A stretch of DNA of 64,000 nt from contig JBMNRV010000006.1 in assembly GCA_050944835.1 (NCBI GenBank), forward strand, positions 30,999-94,998. Direction: 5' to 3'. The position numbers and the translations under genes are program-made. Positions 35,063 to 43,995 of this stretch are shown piece by piece. The first letter of the stretch is position 1; the number at the start of each line of letters is the position of its first letter. The stretch is from Kiritimatiellia bacterium (GTDB lineage: Bacteria > Verrucomicrobiota > Kiritimatiellia > JAAZAB01). The notes beneath the pieces were generated by a model. That model had not been told where the DNA came from. It saw nothing but the letters and a program-made list of their open reading frames with translations, and did not search any database.

Positions 35063-37036
35063 ATGACCTTATTTCTGTTAGCATTGGCGATATTGTTTGT
35101 AGGGGGAATCCTCTGCCTGACCGCTGTCGGACACCCGCGCCTGGCGCGCACCTTGGGGCCAAGCGTTACGGTGATTGGCTGCCTTTGCGGACTGACTCCA
35201 GTGCTGGCAGCGCTGGCAGGCATAGAGCTTGCCCCATGGTATCTCCCCTGGACTATTCCCGGTAGTGCAATTTCCGTTAACTTGGACGCCCTTTCCGCCA
35301 TATTCGCATTGCCGATCCTCATCTTATGCCCATTGGCGGCCATTTACGGTACGGCTTACCTGAAACCCTTCGCCGCCCATAAGGATTTAGCGCCATCCTG
35401 GTGTTGCTTTAACCTGCTTGCCGGCAGCATGCTGCTGGTAGTTGCGGCGCGCAATGCCGTATTGTTTCTGCTGGCTTGGGAAATCATGTCGCTATCCTCG
35501 TTTTTCCTGGTGGTATTAGAAAATGAGCATGCCGAAGTCAGGCGCGCCGGATGGACTTATCTGGTGGCTACGCATCTGGGCACCGCCCTGTTGCTGCCTA
35601 TGTTCGCTTTGCTCGGCCGCCATGGGAATACTCTGGACTTCAATGGTTTCACCGTCGTATCAACGGGATATGCCGCCACAATCTTCCTGTTGGCGCTGGT
35701 GGGATTCGGAACTAAGGCGGGATTGATCCCCGTGCATGTCTGGCTACCGGAAGCGCATCCCGCAGCGCCTTCGCATGTTTCCGCCGTAATGAGCGGAGTC
35801 ATGATCAAAACCGGTATTTACGGGCTGTTGCGGACGCTTACTTTTCTCGGCCCACCGCCGCCCTGGTGGGGCTGGACATTGGTCGGAATCGGCTGCCTGT
35901 CCGGTATCCTAGGTGTGCTGCTGGCGCTGGCGCAGCACGACTTGAAACGCCTGCTGGCTTATTCCAGCGTGGAAAACATCGGCATTATTCTTTTAGGTAT
36001 TGGCGGCGGCCTCTTAGGCATCAGCTATTCCAACCCCGGGCTGGCCTTTCTGGGATTCGCCGGTGGATTGCTCCACATAATCAACCATGCCTTCTTCAAG
36101 GGACTGTTATTTTTAAGCGCCGGATCGGTCCTGCACGCTACAGGCATCCGTGAAATGGACCGGCTGGGCGGGCTGCTCAAGGCCATGCCGGTTACGGGCG
36201 GGATGTTTTTCATCGGCGCGATAGCCATTTGCGCTTTGCCGCCACTGAACGGCTTTGCGAGTGAGTTCATGATTTATCTCGGCGCGCTGAATGCCTTGAT
36301 ACAACCCACATCCCTGCCGGCTCTGTGTATCGCCGGGGCAGTGTTGCTCGGTACGCTGGCGCTGATTGGCGGGTTGGCGGCGGCCTGTTTCACTAAGGCT
36401 TTCGGTCTGGTTTTTCTGGGCGAGCCACGCAGCCCGGATGTGCGCAATGCGTGCGAATCCAGCGCGGCGATGCGTATTCCCTTAGCCACTCTGGCAACAC
36501 TGTGCATCCTGCTCGGCCTCTCCGTACCTTGGCTGCCGGTAATCTTTGTGCCGGCAATTTCCATTCTGAGTGGCGCCGCTGTCAGCCCGGCTTGGACCGC
36601 CGTCGGCCGAGCTTGGGTGGCCATCCCCTGCCTGGTACTGGGCGCGGCGCTGTTGGCCGGCATATTGTTTTTGGCACGCCAGCGGTTACGGCAACGCCGG
36701 CCGGACACACAGTCCGTCACATGGGATTGCGGTTATGCCGCGCCGACGCCCCGCATGCAATATACAGCCTCGTCTTTCTCCGACCCTATTGTACAACTTT
36801 TCAAGTCCCTGCTGCGCACCCGAACCCACGCGCAAACACCTACCGGGCTCTTCCCGAATGCGGCCTCCTGGTCTACAAAAACGCCGGACTTTTTTCATGA
36901 ACGGGTATTCGCCTGGTTTTTCAAAATAACGGAGACCCTGCTGTCGCACAGCCGCCTGCTGCAACACGGCCGGCTTAATCTCTACATTTTGTATATAGTT
37001 TTGGCTTTGTTGGTCTTGTTCTTCTGGAAGTTATGA
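35063..37036 (+). CDS. Hyf/Hyc-type complex subunit: NuoL-like antiporter-like membrane subunit (HyfB/HycC-like)
   Basis: The 657 aa ORF has 15+ TM helices. It has the conserved antiporter-like core (WEIMSLSSFFLV, GLIPVHVWLPEAHPAAPSHVSAVMSGVMIKTGIYG, LKRLLAYSSVENIGIILLGIG). Confidence 0.8.
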   Translation: MTLFLLALAILFVGGILCLTAVGHPRLARTLGPSVTVIGCLCGLTPVLAALAGIELAPWYLPWTIPGSAISVNLDALSAIFALPILILCPLAAIYGTAYLKPFAAHKDLAPSWCCFNLLAGSMLLVVAARNAVLFLLAWEIMSLSSFFLVVLENEHAEVRRAGWTYLVATHLGTALLLPMFALLGRHGNTLDFNGFTVVSTGYAATIFLLALVGFGTKAGLIPVHVWLPEAHPAAPSHVSAVMSGVMIKTGIYGLLRTLTFLGPPPPWWGWTLVGIGCLSGILGVLLALAQHDLKRLLAYSSVENIGIILLGIGGGLLGISYSNPGLAFLGFAGGLLHIINHAFFKGLLFLSAGSVLHATGIREMDRLGGLLKAMPVTGGMFFIGAIAICALPPLNGFASEFMIYLGALNALIQPTSLPALCIAGAVLLGTLALIGGLAAACFTKAFGLVFLGEPRSPDVRNACESSAAMRIPLATLATLCILLGLSVPWLPVIFVPAISILSGAAVSPAWTAVGRAWVAIPCLVLGAALLAGILFLARQRLRQRRPDTQSVTWDCGYAAPTPRMQYTASSFSDPIVQLFKSLLRTRTHAQTPTGLFPNAASWSTKTPDFFHERVFAWFFKITETLLSHSRLLQHGRLNLYILYIVLALLVLFFWKL

Positions 37037-37037
37037 A

Positions 37038-37961
37038 ATGCATGTATTTCCCACACATCTAGGCATGATACTCGCCGGCTTGATCTTGGCGCCGGTGTTG
37101 CCTGGTATCATCAACCGCACTAAGGCAGTGTGCGCCGGACGTCATGGCCCGCCTTTTTTGCAGCTGTATTACGATATTTTTAAGTTACTGCGCAAAAACG
37201 CGGTTTACAGCCGCACCACCACGTGGGTGTTCCGCGCCAACCCTCCGATCAGTCTGGCAGCCGTCATTGCTGTCTTAGCCTTGATCCCGATGGCACAGAT
37301 AAAGGCGCCGGTGTCTTTCATGGGCGACTTCATCCTGTTGGCATACGCGCTGGGCTTGACGCGTTTCCTGACCATCTTGGCTGCGTTGGATACCGGCTCA
37401 AGTTTTGAAGGTATGGGCGCCAGCCGCGAGGCTCAATTCTCCGCCCTGGCGGAACCACCGCTGATCCTGGGACTAGGCGCGCTGGCGTATGCCACCGGCC
37501 AGTTTTCCATATCCGCAATTTTTGGAACGCTGTATGCCGCGCCGTTCGTCGGACTGCCGGAAATAATCCTGATTGTAGCAGCCTGGCTGATTGTTTTCCT
37601 GACCGAAAACTCGCGTATCCCGGTGGATGACCCCGCCACCCACCTTGAACTGACCATGATCCACGAAGCCATGATCTTGGACTATGCCGGACCGGACCTG
37701 GCCATGATCTTATATACATCTGCGCTGAAAATCTGGCTGTTAGGCGCACTGGTAGTTAACGTGGCGCTGGGCTTTGCCGATTTGCAAGGTGGCGTGGCGA
37801 TAGCGGCATTTGCGGTTGGCATGGCGCTGCTGGCGGTGGTGGTCGGCCTGATCGAATCCTCCATGGCTCGCCTGAATATGGTGAAAGTGCCACGCCTGCT
37901 AGGTGTAGCGCTGGTATTGTCAGTGCTGGCTTTGGCCTTGATTGCGAGGACGGCGCTATGA
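37038..37961 (+). CDS. NuoH-like membrane subunit (HycD/HyfC-like)
   Basis: The 307 aa ORF has 8 TM helices and the NuoH/HycD-family pattern (RTKAVCAGRHGPPFLQLYYDIFKLLRK, SEFMIY-like loop, LTENSRIPVDDPATHLELTMIHEAMILDYAGPDLA). It lies 2 nt after the preceding gene. Confidence 0.8.
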   Translation: MHVFPTHLGMILAGLILAPVLPGIINRTKAVCAGRHGPPFLQLYYDIFKLLRKNAVYSRTTTWVFRANPPISLAAVIAVLALIPMAQIKAPVSFMGDFILLAYALGLTRFLTILAALDTGSSFEGMGASREAQFSALAEPPLILGLGALAYATGQFSISAIFGTLYAAPFVGLPEIILIVAAWLIVFLTENSRIPVDDPATHLELTMIHEAMILDYAGPDLAMILYTSALKIWLLGALVVNVALGFADLQGGVAIAAFAVGMALLAVVVGLIESSMARLNMVKVPRLLGVALVLSVLALALIARTAL

Positions 37962-38602
37962 AATCTTTTATTGAAATCATTCTGGTACTGTTGATTTTAT
38001 CCACCTTCTCGCTGCTGAATTCCAGCCGGTTGGGCGCCAGTATCCGGCTGGTGGCATGGCAAGGCATCCTGGCTGGGCTGCTGCCGGTAGCTATTAGTGG
38101 ACATGATGTTTCACTCCGCATCATAGCCACAGGGGCGGTGATGATTATCATGAAGGGCATGATTTTCCCACGCCTGCTGCTCCGTGCGCTTCGCGCTTCT
38201 GAAACCCGCCGGGAACAACAACCGTTGCTGGGAAACATGGCCTCCCTGATATTCGGCGTCTTCGCGCTGCTTGGCGCCTTCTGGCTGGATGCGCGCATAA
38301 GCTTGGCTGGTCAGGCGCTCTCATCTCTGGCTTTCCCGACAGCTATAGTGATGATGCTGACCGGCCTGTTTTTGATTGTGACACGCCGGATTGCCCTTAA
38401 TCAAGTGATCGGCTTCCTGGTGTTGGAAAACGGGATTTACGTCTTGGGCTTAGTGGCGGTGGGTGATGTGCCGACGCTGATTGAATTGGGAGTATTGATG
38501 GACGTCTTTGTGGCGGTGTTCGTCATGGGCATCGCTATTTGCCATATTAACCGCGAATTCGACCACATGGATTCCGACCGGTTAACGTCTTTAAAAGGTT
38601 AA
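37958..38602 (+). CDS. HyfE-like small membrane subunit
   Basis: The 214 aa ORF has 6-7 TM helices. It overlaps the previous gene by 4 nt and matches Hyf-operon order and the size of HyfE. Confidence 0.65.
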   Translation: MKSFIEIILVLLILSTFSLLNSSRLGASIRLVAWQGILAGLLPVAISGHDVSLRIIATGAVMIIMKGMIFPRLLLRALRASETRREQQPLLGNMASLIFGVFALLGAFWLDARISLAGQALSSLAFPTAIVMMLTGLFLIVTRRIALNQVIGFLVLENGIYVLGLVAVGDVPTLIELGVLMDVFVAVFVMGIAICHINREFDHMDSDRLTSLKG

Positions 38603-38605
38603 ATT

Positions 38606-40087
38606 ATGCCATATGAATGGATGCTGACGGATTTAATGCTGCTGCCGGTTTTACTGGCCGGTATCTGCATTTTATTGCGCTCGCCACGCGCCGTGGCGAT
38701 CGCATGCGCCGTCGGCACGCCGGCCGCGGCCATACCGGTCGTAATGACCGCTGTGACGGCGCTGCGTCATGGCCCGCTGTCCAGCGGCGCCGGATGGTTT
38801 CGTCTGGATGCGCTCTCGGCCCTGCACATGCTGGTGATGGCTGGCGTTTTTGTCATAGCCGGCATTTGTGGATATGTTTATTTGCGAAACGAAGCCACCA
38901 GCGGACATCTGACACTTAAACTCGCTCGGCGTTACGGCAGCCTTTGGTTCGGATCGTTTGCGGCCATGTTGCTGGTTTTAATTTCCAATAATCTCGGACT
39001 GCTATGGGTCGGCATTGAAGCTTCCACCCTGCTGACGGCATTCCTGATTTGCATTCACTCTACCCCAGCCGCATTGGAAGCTATGTGGAAATACCTGCTG
39101 ATGTGCTCCGTCGGCGTGGCTCTGGCTTTCACGGGCACCCTGCTGATAGCCGCTTCCGCGGGGCCGGCTGATCTGCAAGGCGCGGAAGTGATGCTCTGGA
39201 CCAACCTACGCAGCGTGGCGGCGCAACTGCATCCGACATTGATCAAATCCGGGTTTATTTTCATTGTCGTCGGATACGGCGTCAAAGCCGGCTTGGCGCC
39301 TATGCACAACTGGCTGCCGGATGCTCACAGCCAAGCGCCGGGGCCGGTATCAGCGGTATTTTCCGGGTTCCTTTTGAACGCCGCGCTTTACGGCATCCTG
39401 CGTTGCCTTCCACTGGTGGAAACAGCCACTGGCAATGAGGGTTGGGGCAGCGGCATTTTGGTCATGTTCGGCCTGCTCTCCATTGCTGTCGCAGCGGCGT
39501 TGATCGTCTCCCAACAGGACATCAAGCGCCTGCTGGCTTATTCAAGCGTCGAACATATAGGCATCATGGTTCTGGGCTTCGGATTGGGCGGACTGGGCGC
39601 CATTGCCGCCTTGTTCCACATGTGTTGCCACTCGCTGGCAAAAACTTTGGCCTTCTGTTGCGCCGGACGCATAGGCCAGATTTATGGCACACACGAGATG
39701 CAACGCCTGAAACAACTGACACGCGCCTCCCCCTGGCTGGGCACGGGCCTCCTGGCAGCGCTGTTGACATTGATCGGGACGGCGCCACTGGCGTTGTTTA
39801 TCAGTGAGCTTCTGATTCTGAAAACCGCGGTGGATCAGGGGCGCTTGGCAGCAGTGATCATCCTGTCGGCGGGATTGGCAGTCGTGTTTATTGTATTGCT
39901 GCGGCGCATGATTGCTATGGCCTGGGACACCAACACTGACCTGCCGCCGCGACAACGCACACATTGGACGGAAGCCCTGGTGGTCATCGCCGGCTTAGCG
40001 GTCTTACTGGCGCTAGGCGTTTATTGGCCGCCGCCTTTGGCGCGCATACTGACGGCCGCCGCTGCCATTCTGGAAGGAGTACCATGA
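38606..40087 (+). CDS. NuoN/NuoM-like antiporter-like membrane subunit (HyfF-like)
   Basis: The 493 aa ORF has the conserved antiporter-like core (GLAPMHNWLPDAHSQAPGPVSAVFSGFLLNAALYGILR, IKRLLAYSSVEHIGIMVLGFG). Confidence 0.8.
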   Translation: MPYEWMLTDLMLLPVLLAGICILLRSPRAVAIACAVGTPAAAIPVVMTAVTALRHGPLSSGAGWFRLDALSALHMLVMAGVFVIAGICGYVYLRNEATSGHLTLKLARRYGSLWFGSFAAMLLVLISNNLGLLWVGIEASTLLTAFLICIHSTPAALEAMWKYLLMCSVGVALAFTGTLLIAASAGPADLQGAEVMLWTNLRSVAAQLHPTLIKSGFIFIVVGYGVKAGLAPMHNWLPDAHSQAPGPVSAVFSGFLLNAALYGILRCLPLVETATGNEGWGSGILVMFGLLSIAVAAALIVSQQDIKRLLAYSSVEHIGIMVLGFGLGGLGAIAALFHMCCHSLAKTLAFCCAGRIGQIYGTHEMQRLKQLTRASPWLGTGLLAALLTLIGTAPLALFISELLILKTAVDQGRLAAVIILSAGLAVVFIVLLRRMIAMAWDTNTDLPPRQRTHWTEALVVIAGLAVLLALGVYWPPPLARILTAAAAILEGVP

Positions 40088-41637
40088 ACGATTTTCTCCT
40101 GCCAAACAATTCGGCTGTTCCGCTGGACCAGATTCCGGCGCTACAGATAGAGACGTTTCAGGCTCGGATTCTGGATGGCGTCAGCCACGCTGAGCACATT
40201 GCGGCTTTGTTTGTTGCTTCGGCCGATGATGAGCGCAGGCTGTTCGCGGTTATGGCCTGCCCTGACCGCGCCCGGCTATCTATCTTTAGCACACCTGTGA
40301 AACTTAGCTATCCCGCCCTCACGCCGACCTGCGCACAAGCTCAACTTTTTGAACGTGAAATTGCCGAACAGACCGGCATCCAACCCAAGGGACATCCTTG
40401 GCTGAAGCCAGTCCGTTTCCCGGGACGGGCGCCCACAGCGCCATCGGATACTTCAGATAACGACGCCACGTCTGAGCAAACGCGCCACGCCGCAATGCCG
40501 CAAAATTCACCCGGGCAATGCGGCATAATGAATTTCTTCCAAATCACCGGCGACGAAATCCATGAAGTGGCCGTCGGCCCCGTGCATGCCGGCATTATAG
40601 AGCCCGGCCATTTCCGGTTCCAGTGCCACGGTGAAACAGTGCACCATCTGGAAATTTCATTGGGCTATCAGCACCGCGGACTGGAAACAGCCTTGCTCGG
40701 CGGACCGGACCAGCGGACGCTGCATTACATGGAAACTCTGGCCGGCGACACCACTATCGGCCATGCTATGACTTACTGTCAACTACATGAAGCCATGACA
40801 CAATGCCATATCCCGGCCCGCGCCCAGGCGCTCCGCGCTATTGCGCTGGAATTGGAGCGCATCGCTAATCACATCGGCGATCTCGGCGCCTTGGCAGGCG
40901 ATATCGGATTTTTGCCTACTATGTCCTTCTGCGGCAGGATTCGCGGCGACATCCTGAACCTGACGGCCATCATGTGCGGAAACCGTTTTGGACGGCGGCT
41001 GATCGTGCCGGGGGGCACAGCCTATGACTTGGACAGCCAACAGGCCACACTCATCCGAGACCGGCTTAAAGCGGCCATGGCGGACGCCACGACGGCAGTT
41101 GATTTGCTTTGGGAAATGCCATCGGTGCTTGCCCGTTTCGAAAACACCGGCGGGCTGACACGCGCCGCGGCTATGGAACTCGGCTTGGTGGGCGTGGCGG
41201 CGCGCGCCTGCGGATTAGAAAGGGATGTCCGCCGCGATTTTCCATCCGGCGTTTACCAATCAATCCAGTTTCCCGTCGCCACATGGAAAACAGGCGATGT
41301 GTTTGCGCGCGCCTTCGTGCGCTGGCTGGAAGTCCAGCGCTCCGCTGAATTCATTCACGAACAACTGCAAAACCTGCCTGCCGCCGCCAGACGTATCTCA
41401 TGCCAGGACAAACTGCCACCGTCGCATCTGGCCGTGGCATTGACGGAAGGTTGGCGCGGGGAAATCTGTCACGTGGCCCTCACCGGCGCGGATGGCCGCT
41501 TTACATCTTACAAAGTGGTTGACCCTTCTTTCCACAACTGGTTCGGGCTGGCGCAAGCCATGCGCGGCCAACAGATTTCCGATTTCCCGCTGTGCAATAA
41601 AAGCTTTAATCTGTCATATTGCGGGCACGATTTGTAA
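40084..41637 (+). CDS. NuoC-NuoD fused large subunit, homologous to [NiFe]-hydrogenase group 4 large subunits (HycE/HyfG) but lacking the NiFe-ligating cysteines
   Basis: The ATG at 40084 overlaps the preceding stop (ATGA); the longer track ORF (39964) is an upstream alternative start. The NuoC-like N-domain has LFEREIAEQTGIQPKGHPWLKPVRF. The NuoD-like domain has GPVHAGIIEPGHFRF and ISLGYQHRGLE. At the position of the L1 motif R-x-C-G-x-C-xxx-H, the sequence reads TLAGDTTIGH (Cys to Ala and Cys to Thr). The C-terminus reads DFPLCNKSFNLSYCGHDL in place of DPCxxCxxR. Confidence 0.8.
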   Translation: MNDFLLPNNSAVPLDQIPALQIETFQARILDGVSHAEHIAALFVASADDERRLFAVMACPDRARLSIFSTPVKLSYPALTPTCAQAQLFEREIAEQTGIQPKGHPWLKPVRFPGRAPTAPSDTSDNDATSEQTRHAAMPQNSPGQCGIMNFFQITGDEIHEVAVGPVHAGIIEPGHFRFQCHGETVHHLEISLGYQHRGLETALLGGPDQRTLHYMETLAGDTTIGHAMTYCQLHEAMTQCHIPARAQALRAIALELERIANHIGDLGALAGDIGFLPTMSFCGRIRGDILNLTAIMCGNRFGRRLIVPGGTAYDLDSQQATLIRDRLKAAMADATTAVDLLWEMPSVLARFENTGGLTRAAAMELGLVGVAARACGLERDVRRDFPSGVYQSIQFPVATWKTGDVFARAFVRWLEVQRSAEFIHEQLQNLPAAARRISCQDKLPPSHLAVALTEGWRGEICHVALTGADGRFTSYKVVDPSFHNWFGLAQAMRGQQISDFPLCNKSFNLSYCGHDL

Positions 41638-41649
41638 AGGAATTGAAAA

Positions 41650-42417
41650 ATGAACAGCCTGTTGAACACTCGCCTGCGCCAAGGATACCACACCATCTCC
41701 TACCCGGCCGGACCGGCGCCGAAATTGCCGGAACGGTTCACCGGACGGCCTGCAATCCAAACCAATGCCTGCCGTGCGGATTGCCGGGTATGCGCTGAGG
41801 CCTGTCCCGTCGGCGCCATCCAACGCACAAATGGCGTAGTGCAGATTGATATGGGGCGTTGTATCTTCTGCGCCAAGTGCCGCGACGCCTGCCCGGCGCA
41901 AGCCATCTCTTTCACACCGGAACACCGCTTGGCGGCGAACCAACGCTCCGATCTGCTGGTCTCCGGCAACGCACCATTGTCCAGAAGCGTCGTCAACGAT
42001 AAAATTCGCAAAATTTTCGGGCGCTCACTCAAGCTGCGCCAAGTCAGCGCCGGCGGCTGCAACGCCTGCGAGGCCGACACCAACGTGCTCAGCACCCTGG
42101 CGTGGGATTTGGGACGGTTCGGCATTCAATTCGTCGCCGGGCCGCGCCATGCGGACGGATTGCTGATTACCGGGCCGGTAACTCAAAATATGGCGCTGGC
42201 ATTGCGCAAAACTTACGAAGCTGTATCGGCCCCAAAAATTGTCATCGTCGTCGGCGCCTGCGCCATTAGCGGCGGCCCGTATGCCGGACATCCGGAAGTC
42301 AACAACGGCGCGGAACCATTGCTGCCGGTGGACCTGTACATACCCGGCTGCCCACCACATCCACTGACAATATTGGATGGCCTGCTCTGGCTGCTGGGGC
42401 GGTTGCCGGATAAATAA
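41650..42417 (+). CDS. Fused 2x[4Fe-4S] ferredoxin (NuoI/HycF-like) and hydrogenase small-subunit-like protein (NuoB/HycG-like)
   Basis: The 255 aa ORF has two N-terminal CxxCxxCxxxCP motifs (CRADCRVCAEACP; CIFCAKCRDACP). The C-terminal NuoB-fold has hydrogenase-type C-x2-C-E (GGCNACEAD), GACAISGGPY and IPGCPPHP cluster ligands. Confidence 0.8.
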   Translation: MNSLLNTRLRQGYHTISYPAGPAPKLPERFTGRPAIQTNACRADCRVCAEACPVGAIQRTNGVVQIDMGRCIFCAKCRDACPAQAISFTPEHRLAANQRSDLLVSGNAPLSRSVVNDKIRKIFGRSLKLRQVSAGGCNACEADTNVLSTLAWDLGRFGIQFVAGPRHADGLLITGPVTQNMALALRKTYEAVSAPKIVIVVGACAISGGPYAGHPEVNNGAEPLLPVDLYIPGCPPHPLTILDGLLWLLGRLPDK

Positions 42418-42425
42418 CCGAATGG

Positions 42426-43460
42426 TCACCAACAGATGGCCAGTGGACGTGGCAATTTAACGCATTGCCCATTGGGCGTCAGCTTGCCGGAATGCCGGTT
42501 GTAATCGAAGAAAACCACATTCCCAGAAAACTCATTGGCGGCGGCAAATTTTTCCTTCCCGGGCAAAAAATTAATGTCACGCGGGCTGCTGCCACCGGAT
42601 AATGTCAAATCGCAAAGGGTTAACGCTCCTTCGGCCACGCGGTAACACGCAATGGAATCGAAACCGCGGTTCGACACAAGCAAATATTTTTCGTCTGCCG
42701 CAAGGCGTATGGCGGCCGCCTTGGTGGGATATTGCAAATGCGGCGGCACGGAAGTCACGCTCTGAAGCGAATCAAACCGCCCATCCGAATATGCCAGCGC
42801 AACGACACTGTTGCCCAGCTCGTTGAGCAAATAAGCGCGATCACCGGCCCGGTTAAAGACCAGATGCCGCGGCCCCGAGCCGGGCGGGGTCACCTTAAAG
42901 ACACTGTAGGGTGTTGTGTCCAAACCACGCGCCGGATCAAACGGATAAAGCATGATAGCATCAAGCCCAAGATCAACTACGCAGAGATAGCGTCCATCAG
43001 GCGTAAACAATGTAAAGTGTGGGTGCGGCACGGTCTGGCGTTCGGGATGGGGGCCCTTGCCGGTATGGCGAATAATTTTTAGTCTTTCCGCAATACTGCC
43101 ATCATCCGCCAATGCAAATTCAGCCAGAGAACTAGAGTGGTAATTGGCGCAATACAAGAACTTGCCGGATGGCGCGACTGTAAGATGACAGGATGCCGGG
43201 CCATCCGCCGGCATTTGATTGAGAAACACGAGCGAGCCGGATGGCTCTAATTTGAACGCTGCGCATCCGCCCGTGCCTTCAGCCACGGCGCAGGTAGCAT
43301 AAAAAAATCGGCGGTCGCTTGAAAACGCCAGATAGCTGGCGTTGAGCAATGGTGTAAATTCACGCTGCTCCGGCACGCCATCAGCAGTTAACCCAAACCG
43401 GTAAATGCCACCGTCGGGATTTAACGACATAGCTGCAATGTAGAAATCTTTGGTTTGCAT
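42426..43460 (-). CDS. 6-phosphogluconolactonase / 3-carboxymuconate-cyclase-type lactonase (7-bladed beta-propeller)
   Basis: The 344 aa ORF has a repeated beta-propeller blade pattern and lactonase-family motifs (GSGPRHLVFN, GKFLYCANYHSSSLAEF, AYLLNELGNSVVALA). Confidence 0.7.
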   Translation of the reverse strand: MQTKDFYIAAMSLNPDGGIYRFGLTADGVPEQREFTPLLNASYLAFSSDRRFFYATCAVAEGTGGCAAFKLEPSGSLVFLNQMPADGPASCHLTVAPSGKFLYCANYHSSSLAEFALADDGSIAERLKIIRHTGKGPHPERQTVPHPHFTLFTPDGRYLCVVDLGLDAIMLYPFDPARGLDTTPYSVFKVTPPGSGPRHLVFNRAGDRAYLLNELGNSVVALAYSDGRFDSLQSVTSVPPHLQYPTKAAAIRLAADEKYLLVSNRGFDSIACYRVAEGALTLCDLTLSGGSSPRDINFLPGKEKFAAANEFSGNVVFFDYNRHSGKLTPNGQCVKLPRPLAICW

Positions 43461-43995
43461 GGTGGGATGCTACACTAATGTTGGTGTTAAATCAACTGCA
43501 ACTGCGCCCTGAAACTGCGGCAGTTGGCAAGTTTGTCGCAGATGCGCAGGGGGAAGCACCACGTATGAGCAGAAGAAACCGGATGCACACAGAACACCAC
43601 GCCAAGCAAAATCACAAAAAAACTTGACTGACCCCTATTTTCCTGCGGGGACGCAGAGCGGAAGGGACAGTTGTGACAGCAGGGACGACAGGGAGTGCGA
43701 GGCCTCTGGCGGTGCGAAACCGCACTGGCGGTGCGGGGGCCGCACTGGCGGCGCGGGCCGCACAGGGGCGCTTGCCCGCAATGGCGGGTATATATCACGC
43801 CCCGCTGGGGCTAAAACTCTTCCCTGTTTCCTATCGGTGTCCATCCGTGTTCATCCGTGGTTCCCTCTCCGCGTCTCTGCACCTCCGTGTAACATCTCTG
43901 TCCCCCCATCTTTGTGGCTGTGGAATGGCATTGCATTTATTCTTGATATTTACCCGCCCCCAAGCGTAAGATGTAGGCAAACTAATTTCTAAGCC

